53,803 bases of DNA from a virus (taxonomy: Duplodnaviria; Caudoviricetes), in the IMG/VR virus record IMGVR_UViG_3300027976_002493, positions 1-53,803 of that record; one strand, written 5' to 3'. A model generated the notes under the pieces. The model saw only the letters and a list, made by a program, of their open reading frames with translations. It ran no database searches and was not told the origin of the DNA. Of this stretch, positions 47,058 through 53,803 are shown one piece after another. A program made the translations under genes and the position numbers. Positions within the stretch are counted from its first letter, which is position 1. Every line of letters begins with the position of its first letter.

Positions 47058-47873
47058 ATGATAAATAGAATCCGCATAGCCCATGAGGCACCAATTTCAA
47101 TCTTTAAAGAAGTAGATAAGCTTACGGATTATTCCTACGCGTTAGTGAACCTGATGGAAGATCCCGAATACCTAGGTCTTTTTAAAGGTGTGATAGCGGA
47201 AGGGAGAGAGGTAATTTTAGATAATGCTATTTTCGAAACAGGTGAAGCATTCAAAGGAGAAGACTTTTACAAGTGGGTAAATGAACTTAAACCGGACTGG
47301 TATATAATACCGGACGTATTGGAGGATTGTCACGGGACTATTAGACAAGCCGAAGAGTGGTTGTTCGAATACAGCAGTAAGATACCAAAAGGTACTAGAT
47401 CAATAGGTGTCGTTCAAGGTAAGACCCTGGAGGAAATTATTACCTGCTACCGAGCACTAGATAGACTAGGTGTTGACATGATAGCAATATCATTCGACTA
47501 CTCTCTATATGAGAAGATGTGTCCTCACCCTAATCAAAAAGTAAGTTGGATGCTAGGAAGAGTGCAACTCCTAGGTATATTGTATCAGGAAGGAATCTTA
47601 AACTTAGATAAGCCACACCATCTTTTAGGAAATTCCTTGCCCGTTGAGGGGAAGTTTTACGGGAACTATGGTTTTATCTATTCTATGGATACATCAAACC
47701 CGGTTGTACACGGAATTAAAGGTATTAAATACCAGGAGAACTTCGGACTGTACCATAAAGAAAGTCAAAAGTTACATGAAATGATAAACTACCCAGAAGA
47801 GCAGATTGATATGGAGATAGTGGAGTATAATATAAAGGAGTTTAGAAAGTACTGGGCTGGGGAGAGTTTTTAA
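47058..47873 (+). CDS. TGT-fold 7-deazaguanine transglycosylase-like protein (DpdA-like, possibly DpdA3 clade)
   Basis: ILDN, IPDV, GVVQG, HHLLG and SMDTS in the same order as TGT/DpdA barrel motifs; two genes downstream of folE. Confidence 0.7.
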   Translation: MINRIRIAHEAPISIFKEVDKLTDYSYALVNLMEDPEYLGLFKGVIAEGREVILDNAIFETGEAFKGEDFYKWVNELKPDWYIIPDVLEDCHGTIRQAEEWLFEYSSKIPKGTRSIGVVQGKTLEEIITCYRALDRLGVDMIAISFDYSLYEKMCPHPNQKVSWMLGRVQLLGILYQEGILNLDKPHHLLGNSLPVEGKFYGNYGFIYSMDTSNPVVHGIKGIKYQENFGLYHKESQKLHEMINYPEEQIDMEIVEYNIKEFRKYWAGESF

Positions 47874-48043
47874 GAAAGTGTATTAAGAATTAAAGAAAAA
47901 TATGATAAAACAATTAAAAGAAATGTGTACTTGGTTCTATACCAGCACAAAAGTAGACCTTAAACTGAAGAAGAAGCAGTTAGGGAGTATCAAAGAGGAC
48001 ATAAGTCAAAAACAGTTAAAAAATAAATTAAAAAAGTAAAATT

Positions 48044-48232
48044 ATGAGTGAAACAACAACAACAACAACCGCAGAATTATTTGAAGAGATTAAAAACCTC
48101 TTTTTAGTATTTGAAAATGGACACAATGCTACCACTAAATCCGGGAAGTCAAAAGCTAGAAAAGCTATTGGAGAGATTAAGAAACTAGTTACAGAGTACC
48201 GTAAAGCTAGCGTACAGGAGAATAAGAAATGA
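48044..48232 (+). CDS. Histone H1-like (Hc1-type) small basic protein
   Basis: K.....ARKA..EIKKL..EYRK.SV pattern of Bacteroidota Hc1-like proteins. Confidence 0.7.
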   Translation: MSETTTTTTAELFEEIKNLFLVFENGHNATTKSGKSKARKAIGEIKKLVTEYRKASVQENKK

Positions 48233-48429
48233 AGTACTGGTTAGTGAACGTATTGTTCATAATAGACAGCGATTCAGGGAGAGTTCAAAAAATTAAAGAG
48301 CAGTACCTAGTAGAGGCAGTAAGCGCTACAGATGCTGAGGCTAAAATTTACAAGAACTTTGAAGGGGAGAGTAATTTTTCCGTAATCAAAGCTGAACAGT
48401 CAAGGGTCGTAGAAGTCATAGCGGGATAG
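48229..48429 (+). CDS. DUF4494-like protein
   Basis: G...KIKEQYLVEAVS.TDAEA.I. Confidence 0.7.
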   Translation: MKYWLVNVLFIIDSDSGRVQKIKEQYLVEAVSATDAEAKIYKNFEGESNFSVIKAEQSRVVEVIAG

Positions 48430-48487
48430 AAGAGGTAGAAAACTCGGAGGGAGCAAGTCACTTGCCGGAAAATCCTCCACCACTAAT

Positions 48488-48517
48488 AAAGAGCTGCTCG
48501 AAAGAGTGGCTCTTTTT
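48488..48517 (+). terminator. Intrinsic terminator with GAAA tetraloop
   Basis: aaagagctgctc-gaaa-gagtggctcttt plus T-run, immediately followed by promoter TTG 48520-N20-TATCTTT. Confidence 0.8.
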
Positions 48518-48553
48518 AGTTGCTTAAGTAGTATATCTTACTTATCTTTAATT

Positions 48554-49306
48554 ATGATAAAAAAAGAAAGGGTTATGCTCTGTGGAACCAGTAGTACAGG
48601 TAAGAGCACTGCTTCAGAGCTTCTAAAGAAAGAATTACCAAACTATACATTCATATCAGAGTCAACAAGGACTGTAAAGTCTTACGGTCTAGAGATAAAC
48701 GAAGAGGGTGGTGAAGCGACACAGTTGGCAATTGCCTGCTTCCACTTAGAAGCGCTACTGAGCGAAGATAATTTAATTCTCGATAGAGGCTTCCTAGACT
48801 TAATAGTCTACTCAAGACTATTACCTAATCTTAACCCAGACGTATTAGCTTACATAGAAGATATGTGGAGACGGATTGCTCCCCAGTACACTAAGATATG
48901 TTACTTCCCTATAGAGTTTAGAAGTACTGATGACGGGGTAAGATCTTTATCAGATGCTTGGAGAGAGGAAGTGGATAGAGAATTCCGTAGGGAGTTAAGG
49001 AGAGTGGATGTAGAGTATATGACGGTGAGGGGTTCAAAAGAAGAGAGGGTAACGAAAATTAAAAATTATATAATGAACAAGGAAGAAGTTTTAGAAGAGG
49101 AGGTAGTAGTGGAGGATCCGTTTTTAAGTTTGTATGACTTTTTAGGTTATGCTGCAGGGTTGGTGAGGGGTAGAGAAGTACTGCTAGCGGCACAAGTACA
49201 GGGGGTAAGTTACCGAACCAGGCAGGTGTCAACGAAGACGTATAAAGGACCAGTCACACTCTACCCTAAATCTTTTTTAAACCAATATTTCAATACAACT
49301 AAATAG
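48554..49306 (+). CDS. P-loop nucleotide kinase (AAA_28/NadR/dNMP-kinase-like) with extra C-terminal domain
   Basis: GTSSTGKST, E..R, LDR..LD...Y, DDGVR, V.GS.EER; start moved to ATG 48554 behind the promoter. Confidence 0.75.
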   Translation: MIKKERVMLCGTSSTGKSTASELLKKELPNYTFISESTRTVKSYGLEINEEGGEATQLAIACFHLEALLSEDNLILDRGFLDLIVYSRLLPNLNPDVLAYIEDMWRRIAPQYTKICYFPIEFRSTDDGVRSLSDAWREEVDREFRRELRRVDVEYMTVRGSKEERVTKIKNYIMNKEEVLEEEVVVEDPFLSLYDFLGYAAGLVRGREVLLAAQVQGVSYRTRQVSTKTYKGPVTLYPKSFLNQYFNTTK

Positions 49307-49312
49307 AACACT

Positions 49313-49507
49313 ATGGTAAAGCTAAAGGAAGAAGAAACTTACCTACTAGACCGAGGGGTGATGGTAACTGTTAAAGAAGTGGAGTTAGACAAAGGCACAG
49401 AGTGGCTTGTTGAGGAAATGGATATTAACACCGGTGAAACACATAAGATGAAATATGAAGACTTATCAGAACTATTACAACTACTAGAAGTCAACCCATG
49501 GAGATAG
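49313..49507 (+). CDS. Hypothetical protein
   Basis: Packed ORF. Confidence 0.55.
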   Translation: MVKLKEEETYLLDRGVMVTVKEVELDKGTEWLVEEMDINTGETHKMKYEDLSELLQLLEVNPWR

Positions 49508-50055
49508 TAACAGTACCACCGCACTTTACCTACTTAGACTCGTTTGTAGTGCCTATAACATTACAGCAAAGTAAACGAGCGTTAGACGAACATATAACAG
49601 AAGAGAATAGGTTTAAGTATTACCTAGAGTTAAAGCTCAGGAGAGAGGTTGTTAAAAGGGTCTCTTATATTAAAGAGGACTTCCCGGTAGAGAGTTTAAT
49701 ATACATACTGGTATGGAAATCTCCTACCGGTAGTACCTCCTTCTTTAAGGTAGGACAGTCTCAACACTGCTGGCAGAGGATAGGTAGGAACTATCTTTCC
49801 GGAAGTGGAGCTAATACAGGTTGGCTCTCTCCGGCCATGTACGAGTTCTTAAAACAAAAAGGAGGTGAGTTTAAAATATATGCGAGAGGTTTTGATAATA
49901 TGCTTAAGAAAGTAGATAAAGACATCGAAGTAGATTATGTACCTAGGTTAGATAGGATAGAAAAACACTATCAGGATAAACTCAACATTAAAGACGGAAA
50001 AGAAGCAGTTGCAGAATTCTTTAAACAAGCATCCTTCGAGTACGTTTTAAAATAG
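49498..50055 (+). CDS. GIY-YIG-like nuclease candidate
   Basis: LIYI...FFKVGQS....RI..NY..G and late IE helix. Confidence 0.5.
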   Translation: MEIVTVPPHFTYLDSFVVPITLQQSKRALDEHITEENRFKYYLELKLRREVVKRVSYIKEDFPVESLIYILVWKSPTGSTSFFKVGQSQHCWQRIGRNYLSGSGANTGWLSPAMYEFLKQKGGEFKIYARGFDNMLKKVDKDIEVDYVPRLDRIEKHYQDKLNIKDGKEAVAEFFKQASFEYVLK

Positions 50056-50083
50056 TCCCGGTATATTTATAATAAATAATAAA

Positions 50084-50647
50084 ATGAATAATTTGAACTT
50101 AAGAAAGTATCTAGCAGAAGGTAAAATGGTAAAGGAAACGGCTTCTCCCGACAAACTAACCACTGAGAATAATAACCCAGAGTTATACAGGTTAGTAAAT
50201 CGCTTTCTCTTAAACACTGCTAAAAAATACGGGTATACAGAACAAGATGCTGTTTATGCTATCATGTCAGTCTTAAGAGCAAGAGACTTTGAAGGAGTAG
50301 ACGAAGGAATAACTATAGAAACTTCACCGGAAGATTTAGCAAAAGTGAAAGACGTAGCTAAAGACGACGATGTTATAAAGGTGACTGAGGACGAGTCAAA
50401 AGTTCCAAATTCTGAAGTACTGGATGTTATAGACTCTATACAGAATCTAATTAAGAAGATAAAGAATGCTGACCCTGAGGGAGGGAGTAACTTATTCACA
50501 GCAGCTGGTCCATTGGTTAAGGAGTTACATAAGCTAGTTGACCTAACAGAGGCTGAGACGGAATCTGAAACTAGGTGTGAAGTTGGGGCTGTATACGAAA
50601 CTATCAAAGAATCTAAAAGATTACGACGTTCTATGAAGCGTCAATAG
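50084..50647 (+). CDS. Putative head-internal protein
   Basis: TATTTATA at 50064-50071; leader MNNLNLRKYLAEG..VKE; Glu-rich. Confidence 0.55.
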   Translation: MNNLNLRKYLAEGKMVKETASPDKLTTENNNPELYRLVNRFLLNTAKKYGYTEQDAVYAIMSVLRARDFEGVDEGITIETSPEDLAKVKDVAKDDDVIKVTEDESKVPNSEVLDVIDSIQNLIKKIKNADPEGGSNLFTAAGPLVKELHKLVDLTEAETESETRCEVGAVYETIKESKRLRRSMKRQ

Positions 50648-50692
50648 TACTGCGTTATATAGTTTAAAAAAATAACATTTAAAAACTTTTAG

Positions 50693-50722
50693 TTGCCTAG
50701 GAACTAGAAGGTTCGTATCTTT
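50693..50722 (+). promoter_or_regulatory. TTG-N20-TATCTTT promoter
   Basis: TTG 50693, gttcgTATCTTT 50716. Confidence 0.8.
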
Positions 50723-50747
50723 AGGTATAATAAAAAAGATAAAAGTT

Positions 50748-51545
50748 ATGATAGATTTAAAAAACCAAACACCACTAACCTTGGAGCAAATCGCTAAAGC
50801 AGCTCCAGCAGTTGTGGAGCAGCATGCTTCACCTAGAGTTTCTAAACACTACATCCACATTCCAACGACAAGAATACTTGACGACATGGAGAAATTAGGA
50901 TGGAGAGCCATAGGAGTAGATCAACAGAAATCAGGAGATTTAAGTAAAGATCGATTTGCAAAGCATCTCATTGCTTTTAGGAATGAGAATGTAGTACTTC
51001 GGACAGAGGATGGAGAGACTGTATGGCCTCAAGTGTTGATTCAAAACTCCCATAACGCTTTAGGAGCTTTTTCGTTCAACGCAGGCTTACATAGATTGGC
51101 TTGTAGTAATGGACTAGTAGTATCTACTAAGAGTTTCGGAGCACTTCGAATCAGACATAGAGGATACTCCTTTGAAGAGTTACAGGTTACAATAATGAAA
51201 ATGATGGAAGAATTACCAGGCACAGTGGAGGTATTGAATCGATTTAGAGAGGTTCAACTAACCGAAGAGCAAAAGATAGAATTTGCTTTAAGTGCTATGG
51301 GTATACGTTTTGCAGGAGATGAAGCAGCTGTAGAGGCTAAGCTACTACTTGCTCCTTTAAGGGAAGCTGATAAGGGTAGTAGTCTCTGGGCAACTTACAA
51401 TGTACTGCAGGAGAAAGTAATAAAAGGCAACTTTACATACACGACACCTGACGGTAAATCAAGAACAGCTAAACCGATAATAGCATTTCAGAGAAGCATA
51501 AAGATGAATAAGGAACTATACGCTTTAGCAGAGCAATACACATAG
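50748..51545 (+). CDS. DUF932/DUF945 family protein
   Basis: S..Y.HIPT, KH...FR, NSH, AGL.RLACSNGL, R..D.G.SLW..YN..QE. Confidence 0.88.
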   Translation: MIDLKNQTPLTLEQIAKAAPAVVEQHASPRVSKHYIHIPTTRILDDMEKLGWRAIGVDQQKSGDLSKDRFAKHLIAFRNENVVLRTEDGETVWPQVLIQNSHNALGAFSFNAGLHRLACSNGLVVSTKSFGALRIRHRGYSFEELQVTIMKMMEELPGTVEVLNRFREVQLTEEQKIEFALSAMGIRFAGDEAAVEAKLLLAPLREADKGSSLWATYNVLQEKVIKGNFTYTTPDGKSRTAKPIIAFQRSIKMNKELYALAEQYT

Positions 51546-51548
51546 GGT

Positions 51549-52094
51549 ATGAAGAAACTTAAAAGCAATTGGATAGCTTTATTCTCCCAAACCGGATCCG
51601 AAATAGCCTCTATATCAGAGGCTCTCGGCCGTTGGCCGGATAAGATTATAACGAACTACCGCCCATCAGGAAGGAGAACCATCAGCCCTAAACTAACCGG
51701 AAAGAAGATCACATACGTGAAGAATAAACCAGCAGCAAGTGATTACTTTGAGGTATTGGAAGATGAAAACAACTTTATAACCTTACACGGGTGGTTACGT
51801 ATTATACCCCACGAAGTTATCCTTAAATACCCTAACATTTTAAACGGTCATCCAGGCATGCTTCCACTACTAGCCGGAAAGGACCCACAAGAGAAAGCAT
51901 TCTCCTTGAATCTAGATGTCTCAGCTTGTGTTATACACAGGGTCACAGTGGGAGTGGATGAAGGACCTATCTTAAAGGAGAGACTGGTGCATATAAAGGA
52001 TTTGAATTTAGAAGAGGTATACCAGAAACTTCATAAAAACTCTATAGAACTATGGGTGAGTTATCTTCAAAGTTTAGACCTTTTAGTTGCTTAA
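51549..52094 (+). CDS. Formyltransferase, PurN paralog (DpdN-like preQ1 formyltransferase candidate)
   Basis: FSQTGSE, LHGWLRII, LNGHPG.LP...G, IHRVT.GVDEGPIL. Confidence 0.85.
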   Translation: MKKLKSNWIALFSQTGSEIASISEALGRWPDKIITNYRPSGRRTISPKLTGKKITYVKNKPAASDYFEVLEDENNFITLHGWLRIIPHEVILKYPNILNGHPGMLPLLAGKDPQEKAFSLNLDVSACVIHRVTVGVDEGPILKERLVHIKDLNLEEVYQKLHKNSIELWVSYLQSLDLLVA

Positions 52095-52141
52095 TACAAA
52101 TACTATTCGTATATTTAAGTATAATAAAAGAAATAGAAGTT

Positions 52142-52405
52142 ATGAAAAAATTTGATGATATAAAGTGGAAAGCCCACTCAGTAATACCTGGAGGGGTTCA
52201 AGGAGTTTTAACTCTTGATAATGGTACGTTTTTCTTAATAGTTGCAGGCCCCGGTCTGTACTCAACACCAAAAGCAAAGGGTAAATCACATAATGATTTT
52301 GATTCATTTGAAGTTGCTGTTTTTATTGATGATGAAATGTCTGGTGAACCTGGAGGGTGGCAAGATAGAGGTGAAATTAATAAGTTAATCGAAGAGCATT
52401 CATAG
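52142..52405 (+). CDS. Hypothetical protein
   Basis: ATG 52142 behind promoter TTG 52087-N20-TATATTT; YS.P...FEVA...GWQ.R.EI. Confidence 0.7.
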   Translation: MKKFDDIKWKAHSVIPGGVQGVLTLDNGTFFLIVAGPGLYSTPKAKGKSHNDFDSFEVAVFIDDEMSGEPGGWQDRGEINKLIEEHS

Positions 52406-52407
52406 TT

Positions 52408-52974
52408 ATGGCAATATTAGAAGTTAACAACGATCAATTAAGATTGATCCAAAGATCATTGGATTTATACTCAAGAATTGGCACTGGTCAATTTAGTGTA
52501 ATAAAAGAACACCCAACATTTGAAAAACATTTGTATAATGAATGTACACCTGTTAAAGATATCGAGGTTGGAGATTCAACACCACAAGGTAGAGTACTTG
52601 AGATTAAAGATGGTAAAGCACTAATTGACGGTTGTGTAAAGAACGGTATGTGGGACAAGGCAACTGAGTGGAAGAAATTAAAAGACGTTAAGTTATCTAC
52701 TGATTATTCAAAATATCATACAATAAGAAATTCAGTAGATGAAATGTTAATTAAACCACGAAACATGTTATATAATGATAATTCAATGGGAAGAAATGGT
52801 AGCTGGGGTATTCATAATCCAAAAGTAGATGAATCTTGTAGAGAAGCATTCGATATAATTCAAGTAATCCGCCATGAGTTTTGGAAATCTAATGAAAACC
52901 GAAGCGATATCACAGTTGATTCGCATATCATGCTAACTACTAAAGATTCAAACAATATAAAAATAAAATTATGA
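52408..52974 (+). CDS. Hypothetical protein
   Basis: 188 aa packed ORF. Confidence 0.7.
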   Translation: MAILEVNNDQLRLIQRSLDLYSRIGTGQFSVIKEHPTFEKHLYNECTPVKDIEVGDSTPQGRVLEIKDGKALIDGCVKNGMWDKATEWKKLKDVKLSTDYSKYHTIRNSVDEMLIKPRNMLYNDNSMGRNGSWGIHNPKVDESCREAFDIIQVIRHEFWKSNENRSDITVDSHIMLTTKDSNNIKIKL

Positions 52975-53342
52975 AAAGATTACCTTTACTATTTATCAAA
53001 TGGATTACAAATAAATTAGGATTTAAGATTGTAATGCTTAAAGCAAAATCAGGAAATACCATTATAGAGGGAGATAAAGAACTTCTTCGATATGTGGATA
53101 TAACAGGATATTTCTTTAAGAAAGATTCACTAAAAAGAGAATATCCTAAACAACATCAACCCTCACTCGTAAAACCATTAACACCGGAACAATTAAAGGA
53201 GTTAGGAATACACATTAATGTAGATGTAGCGGATTGTAAAAACTACAAAGAAGCGTCTATAGTACAGGATTTAATTATAAACAAAAAAGTGAAAATCAAT
53301 ATACTTCAAAATAAGAAAATTGAAAAAAAGTCTGGAAAGTAG
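52971..53342 (+). CDS. Hypothetical protein
   Basis: ATGA-coupled ORF. Confidence 0.55.
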   Translation: MKRLPLLFIKWITNKLGFKIVMLKAKSGNTIIEGDKELLRYVDITGYFFKKDSLKREYPKQHQPSLVKPLTPEQLKELGIHINVDVADCKNYKEASIVQDLIINKKVKINILQNKKIEKKSGK

Positions 53343-53446
53343 CACACTTATTAACATAGTTTATATAAAACAAATAAGAATAGATGTCAGTCTATTAAAC
53401 TAAAAACAATAAAGAATATCACATATCAATAAAAATAAATAAAATC

Positions 53447-53803
53447 ATGAAATCAAATTTAACAGAAAAACTACTAGACATTTGCGGTCACTCTATGGTC
53501 GCCTTGGGTATTAACAATTTAACCGAAGAACAACTCATACAAGTAGAAGCAGAACTTATCAAACACTTTGAGTTTGATAAAATTATTTGGATGGAACATC
53601 CGAGTGTATTAGCAGAAGATAACACAACCCCACTGATCGCTAAATCAATAAAAATATCAGATACCGATAACCCAACTTATAAACATAAAGTAGGATACAT
53701 TCATAGTATAATGTTTACTCCAAAAATGTATGAGCCAGGTACATCGCATACCCCAGTAAAAGATGGATGTGTATTTGCACCCACCACTTACAATCCAGAA
53801 ACA
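53447..53803 (+). CDS. Hypothetical protein, 3'-truncated by window edge
   Basis: ATG 53447 (MKSNLTEKLLDICG...) open for 119 codons to the window end. Confidence 0.6.
   Translation, partial: MKSNLTEKLLDICGHSMVALGINNLTEEQLIQVEAELIKHFEFDKIIWMEHPSVLAEDNTTPLIAKSIKISDTDNPTYKHKVGYIHSIMFTPKMYEPGTSHTPVKDGCVFAPTTYNPET

Noticed and set aside
18893-47873. Bacterial chromosome with a queuosine tRNA pathway and groESL
   Set aside because: Tail, lysis and T4-like replication genes, single-strand gene packing and absence of queA/queG or a canonical zinc-binding tgt point to a phage.
47902-48039. Small Lys-rich ORF MIKQLKEMCTW...
   Set aside because: About 45 codons in very A-rich sequence with no motif; may be real but is unsupported.
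43054-50729. Repeated aagttcgtatctttaggtata as mobile-element ends or att sites
   Set aside because: Each copy sits at promoter position upstream of an ORF with a -33 element 20 nt before it; no integrase or transposase is seen.
135-51223. All minus-strand ORFs in the track
   Set aside because: They are shadows of well-supported + strand genes, with no motifs and no matching promoters.
51549-52094. Ordinary PurN for de novo purine synthesis
   Set aside because: No other pur genes in the window, and the N-terminal loop is divergent (SQTGSE versus SGxGSN). Not fully excluded without an assay.

Overview
This 53.8 kb window is from a large AT-rich lytic-type dsDNA phage (myovirus-like), very probably infecting Bacteroidota/Flavobacteriia. 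Host evidence: TTG-N20-TAnnTT promoters, A-rich translation starts without Shine-Dalgarno motifs, and Hc1- and DUF4494-like genes. All credible genes are on the + strand. The left half holds the end of a tail/baseplate module with a peptidase-M15 lysin, a replication operon (small divergent PolA, SSB, RecA/UvsX, 5'-3' exonuclease, DnaB helicase, class II RNR) and a lysis cassette. It continues with queF/queC/queE, a purine PRTase, dUTPase/dCD, a second full-length PolA and GroES/GroEL. The right half holds a Cas4-like nuclease, a 9-gene glycosylation island, and accessory genes mixed with queD, folE, a TGT/DpdA-fold gene, a P-loop kinase and a PurN-like formyltransferase. The most notable system is a complete but dispersed 7-deazaguanine (likely formyl-preQ1) DNA-modification pathway. 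It is accompanied by a PRTase, a kinase, a MazG-like protein and two PolAs, which may indicate a pre-replicative, nucleotide-level route. All calls come from motif recognition by eye; no searches were run.
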